Positions 34,790 to 43,240 of a DNA stretch of 44,135 nt are shown here, in pieces; position 1 is the first letter of the stretch, and the number at the start of each line of letters is the position of its first letter. The translations under genes and the position numbers were made by a program. The DNA lies in assembly GCA_964397155.1 (NCBI GenBank), contig CAYNHB010000002.1, positions 1-44,135 of the forward strand. Reading direction: 5' to 3'. Origin of the DNA: an uncultured Candidatus Saccharibacteria bacterium (GTDB taxonomy: Bacteria; Patescibacteriota; Minisyncoccia; Minisyncoccales; Staskawiczbacteraceae). Under the pieces are notes generated by a model. It saw only the letters and a list, made by a program, of their open reading frames with translations. It was not told the DNA's origin and made no database searches.

Positions 34790-36022
34790 ATGAAGCTTAA
34801 AAAACAAGATCCAAAAGTTTATAAAGCCATTCAGGGAGAATTAAGGCGCCAGCAAGATGGTATGGAGCTTATTGCTTCAGAAAACTATGTGTCGCCAGCT
34901 GTTTTAGAGGCATTAGGGTCTGTTTTCACCAATAAATATTCTGAAGGGCTTCCTGGGAAAAGGTATTATGGTGGCCAGGATTATACTGACATTGTGGAAT
35001 CTTTAGCTATTGAAAGGGCAAAGAAATTATTTAAAGCAGAGCATGTTAATGTGCAGCCGCTTTCAGGGGCGCCAGCTAACATGATTGTTTATTCAGCTGT
35101 TTTACAGCCCGGGGACACGGTTTTGGGAATGGATTTATCTCATGGTGGCCACTTGACCCATGGGCACCCCGTCACGCTTTCAGCTAAAATTTACCGCTTC
35201 GTAAGGTATAAAACAGATGCTTCAGGAAAAATTGACTACAACAACTTAGAAGAAATGGCCAAAAAAGAAAATCCAAAACTTATTTTGGCTGGTTTTTCAG
35301 CTTATACTCGCCAGCTTGATTACAAAAAATTTAAAGAAATAGCAGAAAAAGTAGGTGCTATTACAATGTTTGATATAGCCCACATTGCAGGGCTGATTGC
35401 CGGAGAAGCAATTCCAAATCCAGTTCCATATTTTGACATTGTAACAACCACAACCCATAAAACATTAAGAGGACCCAAAGGGGGAATGATAATGTGCAAG
35501 CAAAAATATGCTGAAGCAATAGACAAGGCAGTGTTTCCAGGGTTTCAAGGAGGTCCCCATATGAACAATATTGCAGCTTTGGCCGTTGCTTTGGGGGAGG
35601 CTTTGAAACCTGATTACAAGAAATATGCCAAGCAAGTTATAAAAAATGCAAAAGTTCTTGAACAAGAGCTTAAAAAATACGGATTTAAATTAATGTTCGG
35701 AGGGACTGACAACCACATGGTCTTAGCAGATGTTTTTTCAAGTAAAGGACTTGCAGGCAAGGAAGCAGAAAAAGCGCTTGATAAGATTGGCATAACAATA
35801 AACAAAAATATGATTCCAGATGATCCGAGGAAGCCAATGGACCCAAGCGGGGTGCGCATTGGGGTGCCTGCTATTACAACAAGGGGAATGAAGGAAAAAG
35901 AAATTAAGCTGATTTCTAATTGGATAAACCAAGCAGTAGAGAATCATAATAATCCTAAAAAATTAAAAGAACTTCATAATCAGGTTATTAAGCTTTGCAA
36001 AAAATTTCCGCTCCCTAAATGA
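34790..36022 (+). CDS. glyA: serine hydroxymethyltransferase
   Basis: ELIASENYVS, YYGG, TTTTHKTLRGPKGG (PLP lysine). Confidence 0.95.
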   Translation: MKLKKQDPKVYKAIQGELRRQQDGMELIASENYVSPAVLEALGSVFTNKYSEGLPGKRYYGGQDYTDIVESLAIERAKKLFKAEHVNVQPLSGAPANMIVYSAVLQPGDTVLGMDLSHGGHLTHGHPVTLSAKIYRFVRYKTDASGKIDYNNLEEMAKKENPKLILAGFSAYTRQLDYKKFKEIAEKVGAITMFDIAHIAGLIAGEAIPNPVPYFDIVTTTTHKTLRGPKGGMIMCKQKYAEAIDKAVFPGFQGGPHMNNIAALAVALGEALKPDYKKYAKQVIKNAKVLEQELKKYGFKLMFGGTDNHMVLADVFSSKGLAGKEAEKALDKIGITINKNMIPDDPRKPMDPSGVRIGVPAITTRGMKEKEIKLISNWINQAVENHNNPKKLKELHNQVIKLCKKFPLPK

Positions 36023-36546
36023 ATTTTGATTTATATTTCTTTAATTTAATTTTTAAATTTTCAGGTAAGCAAAAGTGGCTGGATTTTTTAGCAATATTTT
36101 TTGCAGAATATTTGGCTTATATTTTAATCTTAGTATTGCTCATTGCTATTTTTATTTTTAAAAATGTAAATATATTTTTATTCCCGGTTTCGATAGGTGT
36201 TTTTGCGAGATTTATGGTGAATGAAATAATTTATTTTTTTTATAAAAGAAAAAGGCCTTCTGAAGTTTTACAGTTGAAAACTTTAATAAAATCCCCAAAA
36301 CACCCGGCTTTTCCTTCGGGCCACGCATCTTTTTTCTTTGCTTTGTCTTTTGCTATTTTGCCGTTTAGTTTTGCTTTAGGAGTCACGTTTATTTTTTTGA
36401 GTTCTTTAATGGGATTTTTCAGGGTGTTTGCTGGTGTTCACTGGCCTTCTGATATTTTGGTTGGGGCTGTTGTTGGGGGAGCGTCAGCTTTTATAAGTTA
36501 TAAATTAGGTTATATTTTATTTTTATGGATGTTGTCCAATCTTTAA
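36019..36546 (+). CDS. PAP2-family phosphatase (BcrC-like)
   Basis: KRKRP...PSGH...GVHWPSDIL is the PAP2 tripartite motif. ATGA overlap with glyA. Confidence 0.75.
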   Translation: MNFDLYFFNLIFKFSGKQKWLDFLAIFFAEYLAYILILVLLIAIFIFKNVNIFLFPVSIGVFARFMVNEIIYFFYKRKRPSEVLQLKTLIKSPKHPAFPSGHASFFFALSFAILPFSFALGVTFIFLSSLMGFFRVFAGVHWPSDILVGAVVGGASAFISYKLGYILFLWMLSNL

Positions 36547-37295
36547 TTTTAGGAATTGTACAAGGAGCAACAGAATTTTTGCCGGTTTCAAGCTCCGGGC
36601 ATTTAGTTTTATTTCAAAAGGTATTTGGCATAAAAGAGCCCCCGATCTTTTTTGATACCTTGGTGCATTTTGCCACACTTTTGGCGATTGTTTTTTACTT
36701 AAGAAAAGAAATTTTTTCAATTATAAAAAATATAAAACAAAAACAAAACCAAAAAATAATCTGGTTTTTAGTTTTAGGCACAATCCCAGCCGTTATAGCC
36801 GGTTTTTTATTGAAAAACAATATAGAAAAAATTTTTGATTCGCTAGATTTGCTGATATTCACATTTTTAGCAACAGCAATAATTTTATTTTTAACAAAGT
36901 TCTTTAAAAATGGCTTAAAAGATACGGAAAAACTTGGATGGCTTGGCGCTGTTTTTGTTGGTTTGTTTCAGGCACTGGCTATTTTGCCTGGAGTTTCTAG
37001 GTCTGGGAGCACAATTTCAGCTGGGCTATTTATGGGACTTAAAAGAGAAGAGGCCTTTAAGTTTTCTTTTTTATTGGCAATCCCAGCTATTTTAGGAGCT
37101 ATGGTTCTGCAAGTTTTTGAGTTTCAGGCAGGAGTTTTGAATGGAGGATTTTTAATTAATTTTATTGGATTTTTAACAGCTGCTGTTTTTGGACTTCTGT
37201 CTCTTAAAATTTTAGAAAAAATTACTATCAAAGGAAAACTACATTATTTCGCTTTTTATTGTTTGCTTTTATCATTAATAATTTTATTTATATGA
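36525..37295 (+). CDS. uppP: undecaprenyl-diphosphate phosphatase (BacA/UppP)
   Basis: ILGIVQGATEFLPVSSSGHL and PGVSRSGSTI motifs. Overlaps the PAP2 gene by 22 nt. Confidence 0.9.
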   Translation: MDVVQSLILGIVQGATEFLPVSSSGHLVLFQKVFGIKEPPIFFDTLVHFATLLAIVFYLRKEIFSIIKNIKQKQNQKIIWFLVLGTIPAVIAGFLLKNNIEKIFDSLDLLIFTFLATAIILFLTKFFKNGLKDTEKLGWLGAVFVGLFQALAILPGVSRSGSTISAGLFMGLKREEAFKFSFLLAIPAILGAMVLQVFEFQAGVLNGGFLINFIGFLTAAVFGLLSLKILEKITIKGKLHYFAFYCLLLSLIILFI

Positions 37296-38026
37296 AAATA
37301 ACTTTTTTAGGCGTTGGGGAGGCCTTTGATGAAAACACTCCAAATAATTCGCATTTAATTGTTACAGAAAAAACAAAGCTTTTGTTGGATTGCGGATATA
37401 GTATTCCTCAGCAACTATGGAAATTCAATTCAGACCCAAATTTTTTAGATGCTATTTATATAAGCCATCAACATTCGGATCATTTCTTCGGTTTATATCC
37501 TATTTTGATGCGCATGTGGGAAGATGGAAGGAAAAGAGATTTTTTTATTATTTCCCAAAAAGATCTTATAGATTTTATGAATTATGCCTATAAAGGATTT
37601 TTAGAAAAATTTAAATATAAAATAAATGTGATTAAAGTCAAAGAAGGCGAGAGCATTAGTTTTCAAGATTTAAGTTTATCATTTCAAAAAACTGTGCATT
37701 CTGGAGAAAATTTTGCTATTAAAGTAACTGACAATAAAAAAACTATGGCTTACAGCGGAGATGGTTCGCCTGTACCTGGAAGCGATTTTTATAAGGATTT
37801 GGATTTACTTATTTTAGAAACCTATTTATATGATAAAGAGATTATAGGGCATTCTTCAATAGTTTCTGGAATTAAGTTTGCCAAAGATAACAATGCAAAA
37901 TGCTTAGCTTTAACTCACATAAACAGAGATTTACGTAAAAATGAATTGTCTAAAATTAAAGAAAAAATAAAAAGCGAGAGTTTAAAGATTATTGTTCCAG
38001 AGCCAATGGAAGAGTATTCGTTTTAG
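37292..38026 (+). CDS. MBL-fold metallo-hydrolase (RNase Z/BN-like)
   Basis: ISHQHSDH (HxHxDH) motif. I prefer the ATG at 37292 (MKITFLGVG). Confidence 0.75.
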   Translation: MKITFLGVGEAFDENTPNNSHLIVTEKTKLLLDCGYSIPQQLWKFNSDPNFLDAIYISHQHSDHFFGLYPILMRMWEDGRKRDFFIISQKDLIDFMNYAYKGFLEKFKYKINVIKVKEGESISFQDLSLSFQKTVHSGENFAIKVTDNKKTMAYSGDGSPVPGSDFYKDLDLLILETYLYDKEIIGHSSIVSGIKFAKDNNAKCLALTHINRDLRKNELSKIKEKIKSESLKIIVPEPMEEYSF

Positions 38027-38085
38027 CTTTTTGCCTGTAAAGTAAAACAGCCCTGTCATTGCGGGGTTGTTTTTATGCATTTATG

Positions 38086-38169
38086 TGCCCGAGGTGGGAG
38101 TTGAACCCACAAGTCCGTAAGGACATACGATTTTGAGTCGTACGCGTATGCCAATTCCGCCACTCGGGC
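38086..38169 (-). tRNA. tRNA-Leu (anticodon CAA), type II with long variable arm; CCA not encoded
   Basis: Reverse complement GCCCGAG-TG-GCGGAATTGGCATACGC-G-TACGA-CTCAAAA-TCGTA-TGTCCTTACGGACTT-GTGGG-TTCAACT-CCCAC-CTCGGGC-A folds as a full cloverleaf. Confidence 0.9.
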
Positions 38170-38180
38170 AATTTAACTAT

Positions 38181-38209
38181 TTTTTACCACATTCTGGCCT
38201 AATTTTCAA
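38181..38209 (-). promoter_or_regulatory. promoter TTGAAA-17-TAAAAA for tRNA-Leu
   Basis: On the minus strand. The -10 ends 11 nt upstream of the tRNA 5' end. Confidence 0.5.
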
Positions 38210-38240
38210 TGTTTCAGGCACGGTGAGATGTTTAAAAATG

Positions 38241-38267
38241 AACACGCCAAACAGCGTCTGGCGTGTT
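38241..38267 (-). terminator. hairpin terminator after the rel gene
   Basis: AACACGCCA-9 nt-TGGCGTGTT is perfect. On the minus strand it is followed by CATTTTTAAA. Confidence 0.6.
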
Positions 38268-38292
38268 AAAAAGCTCTATGATTCCTGCCAGA

Positions 38293-40035
38293 TTATTCCC
38301 ATGAGGCGTCAACTATTTTTTCTGGGAATTTTTCTGATATTCTTTTGAAATTTTCACAAGAAGTTCTGTGCAGAACAGCAGCTCTGCGTTGGGTAATATA
38401 AGCCTTAACCTTATCTCCTGGCTGGGGGTTGCAACACTTCGCGATATGTGTAAGCATTCCTTTTTGTCCAGCCAAGAAAATCTGCCTTGGGCCCTCTTTT
38501 TCAATAAGCTTTTTCTCTTCTTTCTTTTTTTTAGTGGCTTCTGAAATTTCTGTAAACTTCCGCCTTATAAATCCGGGAATCGGGAATCTAAATCCGCTTT
38601 CTTTTTCTAAAGTAAATTTTCTTATGTGGCTTTTTGCCAGAGAGCTTTTTACAAACATTAGCCAGTCCTTAGATGGGGTCTTATTTTTGTTTGTTGAAAT
38701 TTCAACCATATCTCCGTTCTCTAAAACATGATTTAGCTGGACAATTTTTCCATTGATTTTTGCTGATTCTGTATGGTTTCCTATGTCTGAATGGACAGCG
38801 TACGCAAAGTCAACCGGCGTTGAGTCCTTTGACAAGGAAATAATATCTCCCTTTGGAGTAAAAACAAAAACTTTTTCCGGAAAAAAATCAATTTTAAAAT
38901 TTTTCCAAAATTCAGAGGCATCTTGCATCCATTGGAGGTCTTCATGCCGTTCCTTAAGGTTTATTTTTTCTTTATATGCCCAGTGGGCACAGATACCAAA
39001 TTCTGCCTCTTTATGCATTTCCTCAGTTTTTATTTGGATTTCAGTGATTCTGTTTTTATCAGAAAAAATTGTTGTATGGAGAGATCTATAGCCATTGGTT
39101 TTTGGTTTTGCTATGTAGTCGTTTATTTCTTCTGATATTGGTTTATAGTGTTTGTGTATTACGCCAAGTGCCCTATAACAGGACTCAATATCCTTTACAA
39201 TAAGCCGTACGGCAAGAAGATCGTGGATGCTGTCAAAGTCCATATTTTTTCTAAAGAGTTTTTTATAGGTGCTCCAGTATGATTTTGCCCTATAATTTAT
39301 GTCGACAGCCTTAACGCCTTCTTTGCGCAACATTTTTCTTAATCGAGGAATAAAATTTTTAAGATATTTTTCTCTATCTTTATGTTCTTCTTTTATATTT
39401 TTTTTAAGCCATTCAAATCTTTTTGGAAACAAGTGAGAAAAAGAGATATCTTCTAGTTCCCTTCTTATTCCGCTTAAACCAAGCCGCTCAGCTATTGGCA
39501 CAAAAATTTGCAAGGTTTCAACAGAATAAAGCCTTTGTTTTTCATTCGGCAGATATTTTAAAAATTTTGATCCATCCAATCGTGACACAAGTTCTACTAG
39601 TATGACCCTCAAATCTCCGGCAATAGCTAAAAACATTCTTCTTGTATTTTCAAGGCGCTCTCTTGTTAAAGATTTTTTGGTTTTTATGTCGATTTCTAAA
39701 GAATATTGGATTTTTTTTAGCTCTGAAATTTTTTCAGTTAATTGACTGATTTCTTTTCCAAATTTTTTTTCGATAACTTCTAGTTCTCCTTTTTTCTCAG
39801 TTTTAGTTTTGTCGTCTGCCACGTCATGCAGGAGTCCAAAGGCAATAGTTTCCGGATCCAGGTTCATTTTGTCTAAGTATTCAGCCACTCTTGTTGCGTG
39901 GTGGATGTAATTTTCTCCAGACAGCCTATTTTTATCTTTATAGGAGTTTTTTGCAAACTCAAAAGCGTCCTCAATCAGTTGGGGATTGGAGCTCTTCTCT
40001 GTTATCCTGCTGATTATTTTCTCCGCGTTTTTCAT
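38293..40035 (-). CDS. rel: bifunctional (p)ppGpp synthetase/hydrolase, RelA/SpoT homolog (580 aa, no ACT domain evident)
   Basis: HD domain (HATRVAE...LLHDVADD), synthetase domain (YRSLHTTI, EIQIKT), TGS domain (VFVFTPKGD...FAYAVHSDIG), and CCNPQPGD zinc-finger region. Confidence 0.9.
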   Translation of the reverse strand: MKNAEKIISRITEKSSNPQLIEDAFEFAKNSYKDKNRLSGENYIHHATRVAEYLDKMNLDPETIAFGLLHDVADDKTKTEKKGELEVIEKKFGKEISQLTEKISELKKIQYSLEIDIKTKKSLTRERLENTRRMFLAIAGDLRVILVELVSRLDGSKFLKYLPNEKQRLYSVETLQIFVPIAERLGLSGIRRELEDISFSHLFPKRFEWLKKNIKEEHKDREKYLKNFIPRLRKMLRKEGVKAVDINYRAKSYWSTYKKLFRKNMDFDSIHDLLAVRLIVKDIESCYRALGVIHKHYKPISEEINDYIAKPKTNGYRSLHTTIFSDKNRITEIQIKTEEMHKEAEFGICAHWAYKEKINLKERHEDLQWMQDASEFWKNFKIDFFPEKVFVFTPKGDIISLSKDSTPVDFAYAVHSDIGNHTESAKINGKIVQLNHVLENGDMVEISTNKNKTPSKDWLMFVKSSLAKSHIRKFTLEKESGFRFPIPGFIRRKFTEISEATKKKKEEKKLIEKEGPRQIFLAGQKGMLTHIAKCCNPQPGDKVKAYITQRRAAVLHRTSCENFKRISEKFPEKIVDASWE

Positions 40036-40053
40036 TATCGGGTAATAAATTAG

Positions 40054-42063
40054 CTACTTACACTCTTTATTTGAGCATTTTTTCTGGCCTTTTTTTGTTT
40101 CTACTATAATAGAATTGCATTTTGGGCAGAATTCGTTTATTGGCTTGTCCCATAATGCAAAATCACATTTTGGGAAGCGGTTGCAACCATAAAATATTTT
40201 TCCGCGTTTAGTTTTTCTGGTCACAATGTCTCCTTCTTTGCATTTTGGACATTTGATTCCCAAGTCTTTAGATTTATCTTCTATAGATTCAGTATGTTTA
40301 CATTCTGGGAATTTTGAGCAAGCGTAAAATTTGCCAAATTTTCCAAAGCGTTCAACCATTGCAGATCCGCACTTCTCGCAAATTTTATCTGTTTGTTTTA
40401 CAAATTCTGATTTTTTAACCTCTTTATATTTTTCTTCAAGGTTTTTAGAAAAAGGAGTATAGAAGTCCTTACAGGTTTTTTGCCACGAGTCTTTATTTTC
40501 TGCAACCTCGTCTAGTTCTTTTTCCATTTTAGCTGTAAAGTCAATATCCACTACTTCCGGGAAATTTTTTACCAGAACGTCATTAACTATAATTCCGATT
40601 TCTGTGGGAATAAATCTTTTTTGTTCGTTTTTTTCAATATAATTCCTTTCCTGTATTGTTGCTAAGGTTGGAGCATAAGTAGACGGCCTTCCTATCCCAA
40701 ATTTTTCTAATGCTTTTATTAAGCTGGCTTCTGTGTAGCGCGCAGGCGGTTCTGTAAAGTGCTGTATAGAGTCAAGCTTAATTAAGTCCAATTTGTCTTT
40801 TTTTTCTAAATCAGGTAAATCTTTTTCTTCAAACTTTGCTGGGTAAACTTTTAAAAATCCGTCAAATTTTAAAGTTTGTCCATTTGCGCGAAATGTGTAT
40901 TCTTTGGCGCTGATATCTGCTGACACAGAATCAAATATGGCTGGCATCATTTGGGAAGCAATAAATCTTTGCCATATTAGAGTGTAGAGCTTGAGCTGTC
41001 TTGGGTCAACCTTAAGAGATTCTGGAGTTTTGTCAGCATAAGCTGGTCTTATCGCCTCATGCGCTTCTTGCGCTCCTGCTTTTTTGGTTTTATACTTTAT
41101 TATTTTTCCAACCCAATAATTTTTGCCTATTTTTTCTGTAATAAATTTTTTGGCAGAAAATAGGGACATTTCAGACAAGTTGAGAGAGTCTGTTCTGTGA
41201 TAGGTAATCAAACCTTCTTCATATAGTTTTTGCGCCAAAAACATTGTTGTTTTTGCAGGAAATTTAAACCTTTGCCATGCAGTTTGCTGTAATGTGCTTG
41301 TTGTAAAAGGAGGATAGGGGTGTCTTTTCGTTTCTTTTTTTTCAACAGTTTCAACAATATAATCTGATTCATTTAAATCATTTAAAATTTTATCTGCCTC
41401 TTTTTTATTTTTAATTTCTAATTTATCTATTGCCTTTCCATCTTTTTTAATCAAGAGAGCAGAAAATTGTTTTTTGCTTTTTTCAAGCAAAGCTTCAACG
41501 CTCCAATACTCTGCAGGAACAAATTTTTCAATTTCTCTTTCTCTCTCAACAATTAGTCTTACCGCAACTGACTGCACTCTTCCAGCTGATAAGCCCTTTG
41601 TGACTTTTTTCCACAAGAAAGGCGAAAGTTTGTACCCTACAATTCTGTCTAAAATCCTTCTTGCTTGTTGCGAATTAACTAAATTTATGTCAATTTTTCT
41701 AGGAGATTTTAAGGCATCTTCAATAGCTGTTTTTGTGATTTCATGAAAAACAATTCTTTCTGGGTCTTTTAATTTTAGGGCCTCTTTAAGGTGCCAGGCT
41801 ATAGCCTCTCCCTCTCTGTCTTCGTCTGTTGCTAAAATAGTGTTTTTTGATTTTGCTGATGCTTTTTTTAATTCAGCAATAGTTTTTCTGGATTTTGCGG
41901 GTATTACATATTTTGGCTCAAAATTATTCTCAACATCAACTCCAAGCTCTGCTTTAGGCAAATCTCTTACATGCCCGAAAGAAGACAAGACCTTATAATC
42001 TTTGCCAAGGAAACGGCTGATAGTCTTTGATTTCGTTGGTGATTCAACTATTATTAGTTTCAT
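40054..42063 (-). CDS. topA: DNA topoisomerase I
   Basis: Toprim domain (MKLIIVESPTKSKTI, DEDREGE), catalytic region ITYHRTDS, and C-terminal Cys4 zinc ribbons. Confidence 0.95.
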   Translation of the reverse strand: MKLIIVESPTKSKTISRFLGKDYKVLSSFGHVRDLPKAELGVDVENNFEPKYVIPAKSRKTIAELKKASAKSKNTILATDEDREGEAIAWHLKEALKLKDPERIVFHEITKTAIEDALKSPRKIDINLVNSQQARRILDRIVGYKLSPFLWKKVTKGLSAGRVQSVAVRLIVEREREIEKFVPAEYWSVEALLEKSKKQFSALLIKKDGKAIDKLEIKNKKEADKILNDLNESDYIVETVEKKETKRHPYPPFTTSTLQQTAWQRFKFPAKTTMFLAQKLYEEGLITYHRTDSLNLSEMSLFSAKKFITEKIGKNYWVGKIIKYKTKKAGAQEAHEAIRPAYADKTPESLKVDPRQLKLYTLIWQRFIASQMMPAIFDSVSADISAKEYTFRANGQTLKFDGFLKVYPAKFEEKDLPDLEKKDKLDLIKLDSIQHFTEPPARYTEASLIKALEKFGIGRPSTYAPTLATIQERNYIEKNEQKRFIPTEIGIIVNDVLVKNFPEVVDIDFTAKMEKELDEVAENKDSWQKTCKDFYTPFSKNLEEKYKEVKKSEFVKQTDKICEKCGSAMVERFGKFGKFYACSKFPECKHTESIEDKSKDLGIKCPKCKEGDIVTRKTKRGKIFYGCNRFPKCDFALWDKPINEFCPKCNSIIVETKKGQKKCSNKECK

Positions 42064-42169
42064 AATGATTTTTACTGAAAATTAAAATTTGTTTTGTTAA
42101 CTATACCACAAAATTAAGAAATCACTAATTTGACAGCCTAATTCGACGGTAATTTTGTGATATTTTAGT

Positions 42170-42207
42170 AATACCATAAATTACGAAGCTTCGTAATTTA
42201 TGGTATT
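42170..42207. repeat. perfect 38-bp palindrome AATACCATAAATTACGAAGCTTCGTAATTTATGGTATT (copy U2 of the ATAC..GTAT element)
   Basis: Read directly; centred on AAGCTT between 42188 and 42189. It lies in the divergent topA / wHTH-Cas2-like intergenic region and abuts a TGGTAAAAT extended -10. Confidence 0.95.
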
Positions 42208-42272
42208 GTTTGCTATTCGTGGTAAAATATAAATATAAAGATGCAAAATATAAAAATTTAATTTATTAGATT

Positions 42273-42800
42273 ATGAAACTTCCTATGACAGATCAATTTT
42301 TACTTGACTTATTAGAGGGGACAAGTGATACTGTTCATTTCATTCTGAAACGCAGGCGAACTTTTGGTGATGTATTGCCTGGTCCCAGAGATCCAATTTT
42401 TGAAAAATACCGAAAAATGGGAAACAGGCAAGCCTTCAATAAACTAATTTATTATTTAAAGAAAAATAATTTTATTAAAGTGAAAAATCTTCAGGGCAAT
42501 GATGCTATTCTTCTTACTAAAAAGGGAGTAAATAAATCATTAAGAGCCAGTTTTAAAATTAAGGATAGCGAGATGAAGAAAAGAAAAGACGGTAAATGGA
42601 TTATGGTAATTTTTGACATTCCCCAGAATCGTAAAAGAGACAGAGGATTATTAAGAAGTATTTTAAAAAATTTAGAGTACAAACTTTTTCAGCAGAGTGT
42701 TTGGATAAGTCCGTATGATGTTTCTAAAAAAACAGAGAAATCTTTGCAGTTTTACCGTTTAGACAGATACGTTAGGATTTTTTTGATAAACGAAATATGA
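42273..42800 (+). CDS. wHTH plus Cas2-like/PaaX-C-like domain protein (175 aa), paralog of 27477-28067
   Basis: DGKWIMVIFDIPQNRKRDRGLLRSILKNLEYKLFQQSVWISPYD aligns with the paralog. wHTH-like segment LIYYLKKNNFIKVKN..ILLTKKGVNK. Confidence 0.7.
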   Translation: MKLPMTDQFLLDLLEGTSDTVHFILKRRRTFGDVLPGPRDPIFEKYRKMGNRQAFNKLIYYLKKNNFIKVKNLQGNDAILLTKKGVNKSLRASFKIKDSEMKKRKDGKWIMVIFDIPQNRKRDRGLLRSILKNLEYKLFQQSVWISPYDVSKKTEKSLQFYRLDRYVRIFLINEI

Positions 42801-42835
42801 TACTAAATATTATGAAGCTTTATAAATTATAGTAT
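42800..42835. repeat. 36-bp imperfect palindrome ATACTAAATATTATGAAGCTTTATAAATTATAGTAT (copy D2)
   Basis: Same length and AAGCTT centre as U2. 14 of 18 arm positions are self-complementary, and 14 of 18 left-arm positions are identical to U2. Overlaps the last base of the stop codon. Confidence 0.85.
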
Positions 42836-42857
42836 TTTAGTTTGGAATGTAAAAAAT

Positions 42858-42887
42858 ATAAAAAGCTTGAAATTTAATGCTTTTTAT
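42858..42887. promoter_or_regulatory. 9-bp inverted repeat ATAAAAAGC-12 nt-GCTTTTTAT bracketing the -35 of the XRE gene promoter (candidate operator)
   Basis: Read directly. The left arm ends at the -35 and the right arm ends 1 nt before the -10. Confidence 0.45.
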
Positions 42888-42894
42888 GTAATAT
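42867..42894 (+). promoter_or_regulatory. sigma70-like promoter (TTGAAA-16-TAATAT)
   Basis: Upstream of the XRE-family gene. Confidence 0.55.
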
Positions 42895-42945
42895 AAAATC
42901 AAGTTCGTTTTCCGCAATCCGGCCTTTTGAAAAAGGATTGATAGC

Positions 42946-43230
42946 ATGACAGATGAGAAGAGATTCTTAATTGGCAGAGCTATAAGAAGACTCCGCATAG
43001 CAAGGCATTTAAGCCAGAATGGTTTAGCTAGGCTCTGGGGGGTTACGCCCAGTTTTGTTTCTTTGGTAGAGACAGATCGCAGAGGTGTTTCTTTGCTCTT
43101 TGTAAATAAATTAGCAAACGCTATGGAAATTCCTCCTTCGTTTATATATGTCTTAGCTGATGATCCTGAAAAGAAGGTAGTAGGCGCCCTTCAAGGTATT
43201 GTTTTAGAGCAGATTGAGAAGTGGGGTTAG
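42946..43230 (+). CDS. XRE-family helix-turn-helix transcriptional regulator (94 aa)
   Basis: IGRAIRRLRIARHLSQNGLARLWGVTPSFVSLVETDRRGVSLLFVNKLANAMEI is a typical HTH_3/Cro-C1 motif. AAAGGA SD. G+C-richer than the flanks. Confidence 0.8.
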   Translation: MTDEKRFLIGRAIRRLRIARHLSQNGLARLWGVTPSFVSLVETDRRGVSLLFVNKLANAMEIPPSFIYVLADDPEKKVVGALQGIVLEQIEKWG

Positions 43231-43240
43231 TTGTGTTCAG

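Noticed and set aside
38133-38348. 71-aa plus-strand ORF
   Set aside because: It overlaps the tRNA-Leu gene, its promoter and the rel terminator, and has no SD or recognisable protein features.
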